Shown here: piece by piece, positions 12,775 to 27,363 of the stretch
Position numbering within the stretch: the first letter of the stretch is position 1
How the letters are laid out: every line of letters begins with the position of its first letter
Assembly: GCF_009914755.1 (NCBI RefSeq)
Contig: NC_060940.1
Source of the DNA: the human T2T-CHM13v2.0 reference genome, Homo sapiens
DNA: 64,000 nt
Reading direction: 5' to 3' (one strand)
Made by a program: the position numbers and the translations under genes
The notes under the pieces: generated by a model
Told to the model about the DNA's origin: nothing
Database searches by the model: none
The model's input: only the letters and a program-made list of their open reading frames with translations

Positions 12775-13320
12775 TTATTAGAATGTTTTTTAGCTATAAT
12801 GGCAGAAAATCTTGATTAAAACTTGCTTAGGAATAAACTATTTAATCACACAGATATAGCAGTTCACATGGAGGGTAGGCTCTAAGCAAGAAATGGTCAG
12901 CAACTTGGTGATGTCAAGAGGACCCAGATTCTTTCCATCTCTCTGCTTTGTCCTCCTGGAGCTGGCCTCATCCTGGTTCTCCTTGTAGATAAAAAATGGC
13001 TCTCAGAAGCAACTGAGGCTCCACCGCTTCAGCATTCACTTCTAGCTGGAGAGAGGCTAAAATCTCCCTACTTTGCCCAGGCTATGTCTCTTCCCTTCAA
13101 TCTGATTGGCCAGTTTAGATCATGTGAGCTATCCTGAACCAATAACAGTTGCCAGGAGCATGCCTAATTCTGATGGGTTAAGACTAATTAGGACTCGCTA
13201 GAGCTAGGAACGGGTTACCATTGCCCTAAAACAGGTGGCAGATGTGAATGCCTAATAGCATCAGACTCAGGGAGGGAGGGATAAAAGGGAGGGTTTTGAA
13301 TTCTGGGTAGGCAGCCAGAT
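12775..13320. mobile_element. Old MLT1 (K/L-like) LTR within L2 fragments
   Basis: CTGATTGGCCAG..CCTGAACCAAT motif. Confidence 0.55.
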
Positions 13321-13990
13321 GTATCTTTTTATAATACGGGGAGAGTGGGGAGGTGTGGGAATATGTGGCTGGGAGTCTGGGAGGACTTCACTGGGGGAGT
13401 GATGTTGACATTGAGATCTGAAGGATGAAGAGATGGAGGCAGATGAAGGGACTAGTGTGTGTGTACCTGTGTGTGTGTTGTGTACATATTTTGAAGATTA
13501 TGGCGTCACAAGATGGAATGGGCCAGGAACCTTGGGCATTACTACAGTGCCAATATTGAATCTATCCCAATTTATAAGAAGAAATATGCAATTCATAAAA
13601 TTCTGCACCTAAACAGCACCAGTATTAATATATAATATTATACACAGCACCTTTTATCATTGATGGAATTTACAGCACCATTTCACCATGATCTCCTTGA
13701 CTTTACTATTTTAGGGTACAAGGACCTGACTTCCAACTGTTAACGTTTATTTATATATATATTTTAAAGCTGGACCCATTTTATCACCATTGTGGCAGCC
13801 TGAAATGCTAGAGAATGAACAGCTGCTCCCAACATCCTCCACCCAGCTGAAGGAACACAGACGTGGGGCACATAAACATTCAGTCCATAACAGGTATGAC
13901 TAGAACGTGTGGTTCATAGGGGCCACCATGGAATAGTCTATAGCCCTCTCATTTTGCAGTAGGGGAGGCAGAGGCCACGTGCTTCCCTAA

Positions 13991-14686
<696 letters not shown>

Positions 14687-15065
14687 CATGTGTGCAGTAA
14701 TTTGAACTAATATTTACGCCCAAGCTCTCTGACAGTGTGAGTTATTTGTTGTCTGAGAAGGACAAAATCCTCTGTCTTTGGACTCTTGTGCTATTTTTTG
14801 GGTCTTAACAGTCAGAGCCAAACTTTTCTTTGGCTTTGATGTGGTTGAAGAATGATGACTTCTTTTCTTTGAATAGCTTTTTTCGTTGTGACACAGTGAG
14901 GTGCATTAATTGAGGAACATATAAACAAATAAAACGAAGAAATTTAAAATCACCCGCGGGGATCATGATGCTGCACATCTCAGATGCCCCTTTGAGAAAG
15001 GACCTTCTGTTGCATGTGCTGACTGTGTCCAGGCTCCAGCTGTTGGCCCTTCAGGGATTGCCTCA

Positions 15066-15613
15066 TGTATTAGTCAGGGTTCTCCAGAGAAACAGAACAA
15101 GTGCACATGAACACATAGATATACAGAAGGAGATTTGTTAAGAGAAATTGGCTCATGTGATTATGGGGGCTGAGAAGTTCCATGATCTGCTGTCTGCAAG
15201 CTGGAGGCCCAGGAAAGGTGGTTGTGAAATTCATTTCAAGTCCAAAGGTCTGAGAACCAAGGGAGTCATGGTGTATGTCCCAGGTGAGCCAATGGTGTAT
15301 GTCCCAGGCTGAGTTCCAGTGCCTGAGATCCAGAGATGCTGATGTCTGAGGGCAGGAGAAGATGAATGTTTCAGCTCAAGAAGAGAGAGTGAATTCACTC
15401 TTTTTTTGTTGTTGTTGTTCTAGTTGGACTCTCAATGGATTGGATGATGCCCACCATATTGGCAAGGGTGTTCCTTTTTACTCAGTCTACTGATTCAAAA
15501 GTGGATCTCTTCTGGATAGACATATCTCATAGACACATCCAGAGACAATGTTTTACCATATATCTGGGCATCCCTTAGCCCAGTCAAGTTGACACATAAA
15601 ATTCATCATCACA
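15066..15613 (-). mobile_element. MLT2 (ERVL) solo LTR nested in an older LTR16-like LTR (~14965-15890)
   Basis: TGTATTAGTCAGGGTTCTCCAGAG...GTTGACACATAAAATTCATCATCACA; TSD CCTCA/CCTTG. Confidence 0.85.
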
Positions 15614-16049
15614 CCTTGGCTGCAGAGAGCTACCTCATTCAATGTCACACCCTTCAAGGGATGGCTCACATCCAGTGACTGAGGAATCAGGAAGCATCAA
15701 GGTCTGGGCACTTTGGGCCAACTTGGAACACTCTGAAGGATTGTTCTAGATCTAGAGCTTCCTGCATCAAAGCTCAAGCTCTCCCTCTGCTCTGCCTCCT
15801 GTATCCTTCTTCCCATAAGCCCTCTTTAATCAACATGCCTCATGCTATCCTCCACCTCAGGGATTGCTTCTTGGGGAACCAACCTGTGACATTACCTGTC
15901 ATCAATCTCATTCTCCACAGATAACTACTCTGAAGATTTTGGTCCGTATCATGGCCATGCTTTAAAGTGCTCTGCCTCTTTCTACATATAATACTTTTTT
16001 CGTTTTGTTTTTACAAAAATAAGATACACTGCACAAACTCTGTTCCAAA

Positions 16050-16290
16050 CAGTGCTATGTGGGGGTTAAGAATGCAGACACTGAAGACAAATTGCCTGGG
16101 TTCAAATTTCAACTCTGCCACTAACTAGGCTTGTAATTTCAGACATGTTAGATGTCTCCATCTGAGCCTCTGCTTCCTCATCTCTAATATGGTGGGTAAT
16201 AGCAGTACCTTCTTTCTAAGGTCGTTTTGAGGATTCAATGAGCAGTATTCAGAGTAAATCCTCAATAAACATTAGCTGCTAATGTTATTT
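16050..16290. mobile_element. MIR
   Basis: CCTGGGTTCAAAT..TGAGCCTC..CCTCATCT. Confidence 0.7.
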
Positions 16291-16390
16291 CATAACTGGG
16301 TTTTCTCAAAGGCTATTGTAACATTCTCCCATGACATCAGATATTCTTCTCTATCATCAGTTTTAATGGCTTCATAATATTCTATTGTGA

Positions 16391-16581
<191 letters not shown>

Positions 16582-17847
16582 GGGAAGGCATTCTTGAAAG
16601 AGAAATCAGTCTGTGCAAAACCCATGAAGCAAGAGAGCCTGTTGACCTGAAAAAGATCCCGTGTTGGGGGCATTGGTGAGGAGAAAGCAGGATCAGGTCA
16701 CCCTGAACCTTGTAACCTCTGAAGTTTGGGTTTTACCCTGGGGATGGTGGCCGCCAGTGAACAATGGCTTTCTAATAGTAGAGTTGCAGACACTGTGACA
16801 TCTGGAAGAAAGAGGAATCTTCCCAGGAACATATTAGGGGTCCTGCTGAACCTGGTTGGTGAGGCTTTTATATTGGGAACAGGAGACAGGGCAGCAGTGT
16901 GATGTACTGTTTGCTCGTTTGCCTCTGGAGTGGCAGCTGTTGTCTCACCCCCTGATAGTAACCTCACATCCTGAGCGGTCAGGATGCTGCAAGCTCCCTT
17001 AGCCTGAATACACTCCTCAAATTGAATTCCCAGGGCAGGCAAACAAACCATCAGATCATCGTGGGCTGTTGTGGGCAGATTCAATTCACTTGTGGCGAGG
17101 GATTGTTTGCCAGGGCGAGGAACTCAAGTGCTGGGCCAGAGGGAAGGTGAGCTCATCGGGAGGAAGCCCTGCTTGCTTTCTCCACATATGAAAACCTAGA
17201 AACAAATAACACTCAGAAATTCCCTCTTGGATAAAAGAAAAGAAGCTCCTGGTGGAAGATGTTTAAACTATGATTTTTATGATCCTTTCATGCCCTCAAA
17301 AAGGCTAGGCTGTGGAAAGAGAAGAGTGTCACCAGGAGGTTGAGCAGACTGGGCACTGAAGAACCCATTCACATTACAGCTGATGAGCTCGGCAGCTCCT
17401 AGGGCTGTGCAGTGTGCAGCTGGAATGGCTACACACAGCTGCCCTTAGGTAGGTACCTGGGAGAGGAACAAACTCTTAGTCAATCACTTCCAGGGCTGGG
17501 AAGGAGGCAAACATTGACCTTCTGGTTCTTTTCAAGGGAAGAAAATAGAATTTCCCAAGTGTTTGCAAAGGAGGAAATACATTTATGCTTGGAAATCTCT
17601 TCCCTAACCTTTATTAACCTGGCCAGTTTTCTATAATAATGTATATTTTTATATTTGAATAGGTAATAATTCCACATGGTTCAAAATTCAAAAGGCATGA
17701 GAAGATTTTCAGTGACAAGCCTCCCTTTCATTCTATGCCTTAGATGCTGGATTGCTTTCCTCAGAAGCAGACAGTGGTCCCAGCTTTTTTTTTTTTTAAT
17801 CCTAGGCCAAGTCTTAATTCTACTTCAATACTTTGAAAAGCTTTCTT

Positions 17848-18160
17848 GGCTGGGTGCAGTGGCTCATGCCTGTAATCTCAGCACTTTGGGAGGCTGAGGT
17901 GGGTGGATCACGAGCTCAGGAGTTCGAGGCCAGCCTGACCAACATGGTGAAACCTTGTCTCTCCTAAAAACACAAAAAATTAGCCGGGCGTGGTGGTGCA
18001 CGCCTGTAATCTCAGCTACTCAGGAGGCTGAGGCAGGAGAATGGCTTGAACTGGGGAGGTGGAGGTTGCAGTGAGCTGAGATCACACAACTGCACTCCAG
18101 CCTGGGCAACAGAGTGAGACTCTGTTGCAAAAAAAAAAAAAAAAAAAAAAAAAGAAAGAA
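17848..18160 (+). mobile_element. AluS
   Basis: Alu consensus, long A tail, TSD GAAAA(G/C)CTTTCT. Confidence 0.94.
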
Positions 18161-19529
18161 AACCTTTCTCAACCCACTTCCTCCCTGCAGCCAACCAACA
18201 TTCCAACGTCCTTGGTGGAATCTGTCATTCACTCATCAATCAATTATCCTCTCTCCCTTCTTCCCTTTCTCCTTCCTTCTCTCTTTCTTCTCTCCTCTCT
18301 CCTTCTTTTCTTTCTCCCTCCCTTTGTACTTTCTGGGTCCCAGGGGGCAAGGTTGAACTATTCATACCTCTTCTTACCTAGCAAATTACCAGCATGTATG
18401 CGGACAAATCTCCTTTTTGTTTTATTACTAATTAATTGCCTTTTATTTCATCCCTCTCCAGCTCCCAATAGACAGCATTTCTAATATGTCTGGTGTACAT
18501 CCTTTTGTTTATATGAGTTCTTGTAAATGCGGAGGCATGCATTTTTGTAAAAATTTCAAGTAAGCATTAAATATCCACTCTGGGATAGGCTTTGCACTGG
18601 GGATTTAGGGAAGCACAAGACAGGCTAGTTCAGCTCTGAAGTCTCCAGAGTGGAGGTCATTTGGGAGTCTTCCCTTGCTCTGTGTTCCTACACAGATAAC
18701 TCACTGCTCTTTTTGTTCCTCCAGCTCCTCTCTGCCTCTATATGTCTCTGTGTCTGCCTGTTGCTGTTTTCCTGTCTCTGTTTCTCTTTCTTACTTAATA
18801 CTTACTCTTAGTCAGCCACTTTACATGGTTAATCTCATGAATCTGTACCCCAGCTCTGTAAATCAGTGAACCCAGGCTTGCTGGTTTGTCCAGAGGGGCT
18901 GCTGTTCTTCGCACTCCCCCAATAGACCCATTACCTCAGTGTATTAACAAAATGTCATTTTTTTTCCTGAAGATTTTATAGATGTGGAGAGGGTGGTTCA
19001 CATTGCACAGCATTCAGCAGAAACCCAATCAGATTCTCCATGAAACATCTTTGGTTTAGCCCACCAAGTTTTCTTCCCCCTCTGTTGGGGAGCTCATCTT
19101 TTCCCATCTGTCTTCTCTTCCTCCTTTCTTTCCCTCCCTTTCCTTTCCCATCTTGCAGCCTCTAAAAACCCCTTGAGTGTCCTGAAAAATCAACATGCAC
19201 CCTCAGTTAACATCTCTCTTTAAGCAAGAAAAAAGCTGGAGATTAATGATAAAAGCCACCTCTTGGCAGGGGTAAGGAGGAAGATGGGAGTAGAAGTGGA
19301 AATGATTTGTGGGATGGGAGCAGTATGACCTGGACCAGAAACAGGGGGTATGGGGGAAAGGGTGTCATTGTCTGCAGAGAATTCAAAGCAGTAACAAAAC
19401 TGAGAGTAGGCATATCTTTCCTTATCAGCAAACATTGGCCAGACGTTCTAAACCATGTCTATGATAAAGTACTTCCTTTGACCACCATATGCAACTGTCA
19501 CTGCACATTGGGTGCAGGATGGCAAAATG

Positions 19530-19750
19530 TGTAAGCCTGGAGTTGAACAGCCAGGCTTGAATGCCAGTTCTGATGTGTACTGGCTGTGTGACCTTGGACG
19601 AGTTACTCTACCTCTCTGTACCTTAGTTTCCCACTTGCATATTTGGGACTATACAACACCATGGCCTTGTTGGTAGGTTTACATGGGTTAATGCCTAGGA
19701 TTAGCTCGGAGCAGTTAGTAATTACTTAATGAATGATGGCAATTATCAGT
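19530..19750. mobile_element. MIR
   Basis: GCTGTGTGACCTTGG..CTTAGTTTCC. Confidence 0.65.
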
Positions 19751-20216
19751 GTCAGGAAAATTGTGAAAAACTTACAGTGAGCAGCAAGGATGGCTGGATG
19801 TCCTCTCTGGTGCCCCTTTCTGGATTATCACCACCTTTCATTGTCTTTGAGCTATTGTACAACTCTGTAAGTTGCAGAAAACTGATAATGCAAATGAATT
19901 TTGTCCATAGAAACACAAATAAATTATGTCTGGTAGAAGGCAATTGATTATTGCACTGCGGATATTGAGCAGTTTTGCATCTATTAGGCAACTTTATTTC
20001 AGGAATCCCGATTACCTATGTATGTGTCTAGTCTTTGACTTCTTTGAATCAGTTGTAAGCATATTTCTGGTTTTCTCTTTAACGAATGAGTTAAATAAAA
20101 TAAATTTCTGACATGTGTTTATGAGAGTCATTGTTTCACCTGTTTCAAACATTTCTGTTTCAAACTGTTTGTACAATTTTTCATAACTGTTTATACAATT
20201 TTTCTTCAATGTCTTA

Positions 20217-20450
<234 letters not shown>

Positions 20451-20454
20451 TTAA

Positions 20455-20945
20455 GTGCTGTAGTGGCTTGGTAATGGTTCAGCGGTCTGAGCTGAACTAC
20501 ATTTCCCAGAATCCTCTTCCCTTCACGTTTCCAGGTAGAGTGGGCTATGAAAGATTCCTGTGGGAGATTGGAGCGCAGGAGTGAAGCGGCCACCATTTTG
20601 CAGCTCATGCCCATTGCTTACCTTCTGGCTCTCCTCGTTGGTGTGATGTGATGCCTGGGTCTGCAACTGCTTCCCTCCACTAGATTCTCGTGTCTCCCTC
20701 TCCTGGGCAGCTGTGAGTGTTCACCTCCGTAGTAAGATTACCAAGGTGAGAGGCTACAAGAACCTCAGCTCTTGCTTGTGGTCTCCAGCCTGGTCTCAAG
20801 CCCCACTTTCTTACCCTCCTGAACTTCCTGCCCTGTGGCCTTGAAGCCCCAGCATCAGATCAAAGTAAACAGCCTTCCAGAGGCTGCTTAATCCATTCCC
20901 ATAGTTGTGTAAGGTCAAGTGTGCAACCAATCCCTTAAAAAACCC
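20455..20945. mobile_element. LTR33-like ERVL LTR
   Basis: GAACTACATTTCCCAGAAT motif. Confidence 0.55.
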
Positions 20946-20969
20946 TAAATTTAAATCTATGTCCATATC

Positions 20970-21343
20970 TGCTATCTGCTAAATGTTTGTGTCCGCCCCC
21001 CGCATTCGTATGTTGGAACCGAATCCCCAATGCGATGGTATTTGGAGGTAAGGGCTTTGGGAGGTAATTAGGTTTAGATGAGGTCAGGAGGGTGGTGCTC
21101 TCAAGAGATTAGTGAGGCTTCAAAGAGATCCCTTGCCTCTTCTGCTATGTGAGGATGTAGTGAGAAGACAGCTGTCTATGAACCAGGAAGGAGGCCCTCA
21201 CCAGACACTGAATCTGCCAGTGCCTCGATCAGTGCCTCAGTCGTGCAATTCCCGGTCTCCAGAAGTGTAAGAAATAAATTTCTATTGTTATAAGCCACCC
21301 CATCAATGACATTCTGTTATAGCCACCCATACAGACTAAGACA
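20970..21343 (+). mobile_element. MLT1A-like solo LTR
   Basis: TG..GACTAAGACA, TSD ATATC. Confidence 0.88.
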
Positions 21344-22217
21344 ATATCCATATTCACATTCACATTCACATGCACATCTCCTCAGTATCTGTGTATCTCT
21401 TAGTGGCTCTGCTTCTCGGATTGAACTCTAACTGCCCAGCTTAAGGACGCAGAGCTGGCCAGTGGTGGAACCCAGATCTGTGTGGCCTCAAAGCCCCCAG
21501 TCCTTGTTCTTGACTCCTTCTCCACCCTCCTTGTGTGTCAGCTCTACCTGGGCTGTCTCTTCTCTGCTGGCTCCTCTGTGCTCTGCCGCAGTCTGCTCTT
21601 TTTCTCTTTTCCAGCTTTCCTTTCCTTTCTCTACTTTAACTCTTTCCCATACAAAGAAGAGATGCTCAACCATAATGATTATGATTATGTTGACTGTGAA
21701 TGACTTAAAAAAATCTTTAGGTGATTTAAAAATCAGGTGACTTAAGAGAAAAATAAACGAGGTAAAATGGTTTTTAACTGGGATGTGGCTCATAATTGTA
21801 AGTTTGTTTTTCTCCCCCTGATAAAGTTCTCAATAGGGAAAAGTTCTGTACTCTGGTGAAGATCTTCTTCTGGATCCAAACGGCCCAAGCTCTGTTTTAG
21901 GTGTCTTTCATCTCAGGCCTGGTGCCATCTGGATTTCCATATGCAATGTGATTGTGCTCCCATGAGGAATCAGCTGCTTTCTTTTCCAACTCCCTACCTC
22001 TCAATCCATCTTTTGCCCAAAAGACCAAATCTCTTTCCTGCAGTGGTTAGTTTTATAACCCAGATATAGGTTTTCTGTGGGGGTCATACATAGCCCTGAG
22101 TCCCATTCGAGAGAGCCTTCCCCACTAGGTACTGAGGGAAGATGGACTTGTTACTGAAGACACTGTAGGGAGATGAAGAGGTATGTTTACATTGCACAGC
22201 ACACAGTAGAAACTTAT

Positions 22218-22581
22218 TGATATGGTTTGGCTGCATCCCCTCCCAAGTCTTATCTTGAATTGTAGCTCCCATAATTCTCACATCTCGTGGGAGGGATCCG
22301 GTGGGAGGTAATTGAATCATGGGGGTGGGTCTTTCCCATGCTCTTCTTGTTATAGTGAATAAGTCTCATGAGATGTGATGGTTTTATAAAGGGCAGCTCC
22401 CCTGCACAGGTCCTCTTGCCTGCTGCCATGTAAAACATCCCTTTGCTCTTCCTTTGTCTTCTGCCATGATTGTGAGGCTTCCCCGGCCACGTGGAACTGT
22501 GAATCCATTAAACCTCTTTCCTTTATATATTACCCAGTCTCGGGTATGTCTTTATTAGTAGCATGAGAACAGGCTAATACA
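22218..22581 (+). mobile_element. THE1 solo LTR
   Basis: TGATATGGTTTGG..CTAATACA, TSD CTTAT. Confidence 0.93.
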
Positions 22582-22659
22582 CTTATGTTCCCTCCTAGTC
22601 TTCTCCCCAAAGCTTCTTACCCCTGGTAGCCACCTCATTTACTCTCATCTTCCCCTACA

Positions 22660-23430
22660 CAGACTCCTGGGTTTCATTCTGATTTATAGAATCAGAATCC
22701 AAGAAGGCAAGGCCTGGGAACATGAATTTTAACAAATATCCCAGATGATAGTCACGCGCAGGAAAGTTTGAGAGTCACGGCACGAGACATAGTCCAGATT
22801 TTCAGTTTTTAGGATATGGGCTTTTTAAAAAAACCAAGCCTTGAATGACAAACTGCCTGAATTTGAATTGCAGCTCCGGTGTTTGTTACCTCTGTGATTT
22901 CTGCAAGTCATTTTATCACTGTGAGCCTCAGTAACCTCATCAGTAAAATGGGGCTGATGATAGTATCTATCTCATTGGGTGATAATAAAAGTTAATTCAT
23001 TTGCTCATTAATTCATTAATTCACTTGATATTTATTGAGCACCTTTGGTGTATCATGACCTCTTCTAGGCATTGAGGAATATAGAAGTAGAACAGACACA
23101 CACATACATGCACACACATATGCACACACATATACCTTGTCCTAATTGAACCAGTGCAAGGGTTTTGGCATACTTTTCCTGTAAAGAGCTAGACAGTAAA
23201 TATTTTAGGCTTTACAGGCCACAAATGACTTCTATGACCTATCTTTCTTTGTTTTTTTCTAAAACTCTTTAAAAATGAAAAACCATTCTTAGCTCATGGG
23301 CTGTGCAAAGACAAGCCACAAGCTGATCCGTGTTGTAGTGGATTAAATGGAATAATAGCTATAAAGTATTCTAGCAGACATGATGATGATGATGTGAAGT
23401 GCTTAGCACAGCTCCTGGCCTGGAGCCTGG
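22660..23430. mobile_element. Cluster of MER5A, MIR, L2 and MER58A fragments with a (CACATA)n tract
   Basis: Family motifs recognised by eye. Confidence 0.6.
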
Positions 23431-24325
23431 GCTCCGTAAGTAGTTAGCTGTTTCATTTGCCAACCTTAACCCCCAGTGATGCTCCCTTGAGCTTTATGCT
23501 CCTGCCCTGGTCACCGTTCTGTGGTATCTTGTATCAGACCCAGACCCGTTGGCCACTCAGCCTTGCGGAAGTGAGCAAGACCCTTCCTGCTGCTCTCTTC
23601 CTTTCCACAAGGTCAGAGGGGTAGATGTGGGCATCCATCCTCCCTTCGGTCACGGCTGGCAGCCCCTGGCAGTCCTGCTGGTGGTCTCTCGCTTGGCCAG
23701 GGCACACTTCCGTCCGACTCCTCTGCCTCCTGGGGAAAATAGTTGGAACCAGCTGGGATGACTCACAATGCGGCGGCCACGCGGCTTGGCTCTCTGCAGG
23801 GCCACAGCCTCTTTGTGTGTCAGCTCAGGGGGTGGCGGAAATGGATGGGCCGCCGCTCAAGATGTCCTCTTGCCAGGATGGGGCAACCTGAGGACATATC
23901 TCTGCTGCCTGATGCTTTCTGGACATGAAATGAAATGGTCCAGGGCTAAATCAGGTTCCCCACTGGGCAGTCAGCCATGGGCTCTCACATCCTGGGGAAA
24001 ATTGGGGACTGAGTTGGCCTTTGGCATTTTGAGGGGCTCCAGAGCTCCCGGTGTCAGTGGATTGGCATGTCCCATTTTTGAGGCCTGGTACCACTCTGCT
24101 GTCTTTAATTACATGGCAAATGTTGTCCCCGAAAAGGAAACTTCCCCAAGTGTGGCTGAGAGGACAGTCCTCATCCATCTCCTTGCCCTCTTCTGACCCT
24201 CTCTATAATCCATGTTCCACGCTACAGTCAGCATGATCTTTTAAAAATGTAACTTTGATCTTGACTTTCCTGCTTTAAAATACTTCAATGGCTCTTCATA
24301 ACTTTCAGAATAAAATCAAGAGTCT

Positions 24326-24905
24326 TTTGAGAAAATAATTTCAACTTTTAGATTTGGGGTTGCATTTACAGGTTTGTTACATGGGTATATTGCGTGATAC
24401 TGAGATTTACAGTACAGATCCCGCCACCCAGGGGGTGAGCACAGGACCCAATACGTAGCGTTTCAACCCATGCCCACCTCTCTTGTGTTTCTCAGCGTCT
24501 ATTGTTCCCTTCTTTGTGTCCACGTGTACTCAATGTTTAGCTCCCACATATAAGTGAGAACGTGTGGTATTTGCTTTTCTGTTCCCGTGTTAATTGGCTT
24601 TGGATAATGGCCTCCAGCTGCATCCATGTTGCCACAAAGGACATGATTTCATTCTTTTTTATGGCTGGGTAGTATTCCATGGTGTGTATGTACTACATTT
24701 TCTTTATCCAATCCACTGTTGATGGGCACCTGGTCGATCCCATGTCTTTGCTATTATTAATAGTGCTGCCATGAACCCATGAGTGCATGTGTCTTTTTGG
24801 CATAATAATTTATTTTCCTCTGGGTATATATCCAGTAATGGGATGGCTGGGTTGAATGGTAGTTCTCTGAGAAATCTCCACACTGCTTTGCACAGTGGCT
24901 GAAGT
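24326..24905 (-). mobile_element. L1PA/L1PB 3' fragment inserted in L2
   Basis: Antisense L1 3'UTR and ORF2 end; ORF track shows PLCKAVWRFLRELPFNPAIPLL. Confidence 0.9.
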
Positions 24906-25745
24906 TCAGAGTGTTCAGCTAACATGAGGCACCATCCATGACCCTGTGGTACTTCTATCTCTTGTATCGTCTCCTTCCCTCTGCACCCTAGCCATGCTGA
25001 ATCACAGGAGCTGGTTTCCAGAAGTCCCATGCTTTCACAGTCCCATGGCTTTGTGCCCACTTTTCCTGGTATTCCCTCTCCCTCCTTGTCAACTGGAGTC
25101 CCTCCCTCTTTTGAGCTCCTACTTGCAATTGATTCCCAAGTGTAGACAGCATGGTCAGGAACCTGGGTTTGAATTCCAGTTTGATTTATTGCTAGCTGTG
25201 TGGCATCAGGTAAGTTACTCAATCTCTCTGAGCTTTAGTCTCATCTGCAAAGTGGGGCTGATAATGGGACTTGCCTCATAGGGTGCTTTTGTTGTGAAGA
25301 TTGGGTGAGATGATGCATGTAAATATCACTGCACTGTGGGTGGCCTGTAGTAAATGCTCAGTAAATTTATCGACATTACCACTGGCTGACACCATGAGCA
25401 ATTTAAGGGAAGACCAGTGGCTTCATCTCTGGACCCCCCAGCACCTAACACAATGCCTGGATTATATCAGTCACTAACTGAGCTTTTGTCTAAATGCTTT
25501 TGAATAAAGGTCATGAAGAAAACTAATCTAGGCTGTGTATCAAAATTTATCTATATGAGGATGTCCATTGCAGCATTCATTTGGAGAATAAAATATTGAA
25601 AAACCACTGAAAGTCCAGCATGGTACATCCTTACTATGAAATATTTTGCAGCAATCAAAGACAATAATGTCACCCCATAAGTGCTGACACAGAAAAATAT
25701 CTAAGACATATTCTGTGAAAATTTTGAGTTTGTGCCAGCAGATAG

Positions 25746-26088
<343 letters not shown>

Positions 26089-26217
26089 TGTGTGTGTGTT
26101 TAAAGGACATTTACAGGTAGAAAATGTTTAGAAGAATACTGAAGAAACTGTTAACTGTAATTACCTCTGAGAGGGGAAGAGAGAGGAAAAAGAAGGAGTT
26201 TTGCTGTTTACTTTATG

Positions 26218-26450
26218 CCAGGGGCCAGTAAACTACAGCCCTTGGGCCAAACTCAGCTGGCTGCCTGTTTTTGTAAACACAGTTTTATTGGCACACAGCC
26301 ATGTCCATTTGTTTACATATTGTTTGTGGCTGCTTTTGAGCTTCAAAGGCAGAATTGAGTAGCTACAACAGCCTGCATGGCACAGACCATATGTCCCACA
26401 AAGTCTAAAATATTTACTATTTGGCCCTTTACAGAAAAGGTTTGATGATC
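26218..26450. mobile_element. MER58A hAT relic
   Basis: CAGGGGCCAGTAAACTAC..GTTTTATTGG..TTTACAGAAAA. Confidence 0.8.
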
Positions 26451-27015
26451 TCTCTTTATCCCTTTCTGTACTATTTAATTAAAAAAAATGGGACATAGTA
26501 TTTAAATTGTTTTGTTTGCAAGTTAATGTGACCTTATTTTGTAGTAACAGGATGCTGAAGCCACGGACTACCATATCCATTATCTGTTGCCACAATAATG
26601 CTGTAAAAAAAATATTACTCCAAAACTCAGTGGCTTGAAACAACCACCATTTATGGATCATTAGGGTGGTTCTTCTGGCCTCTGCTGGGCTTGTTTACAT
26701 ATCTGTGGGTTGTGTAGGAGGCTCTGCTGATTTTGGCTGGGCTCTCTCACATGTTGGCCTTGGCTGGGACAACTGGGCTGGTGTCCGTTGGTCTCTCATC
26801 CTCCTGCAGGGTGGCTCAGGCTGTCCTCAAGGTGACGGCAGTGTTCTGACAGTGAATGGGAGAGCAGGTCTCTTTAGGCGTAACCTTGAGACTCACACAC
26901 CCTCACTTCTACTCTAGTTGGCCAGCACAAGTCACAAGCCCAGGCCAGATCGAGGGATGGGGAAAGAGTCTACCTTTTGATGGCAGTAGTTGCAAAGCCA
27001 GATCGTAAAAGATAG

Positions 27016-27363
27016 TGTATTAGTCTGTTTTCATGCTGCTGATGAAGGCATACTTGGACTGGGTAATTTATAAAGAAAAAGAGGTTTAATGGACTCACTG
27101 GAGAAGCCTCACAATCATGGCAGAAGACAAAAGGGACATCTTACATGGCAGCAGGCAAAAGAGAATGAGAGCCAAGTGAAAGGGGAAATGTCTTATAAAA
27201 CCATCAGATCTTGAAAGACTTATTCACTACCAGGGGAACAGTATGGGTGACACTGCTCCCGTGATTCAGTGATCTCCCACCGAGCCCCTCCCACAACATG
27301 TGGGAATTATGGGAGCTACAATTCAAGATGAGATTTGGGTGGGGACACATCCAAATCATATCA
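27016..27363 (-). mobile_element. THE1 solo LTR nested in an older MLT1 (~26575-27420)
   Basis: TG..CA ends, TSD (G/A)ATAG. Confidence 0.88.

Noticed and set aside
24704-25222. 172-aa minus-strand ORF
   Set aside because: Chance read-through of MIR/L2 into L1 ORF2 remnants
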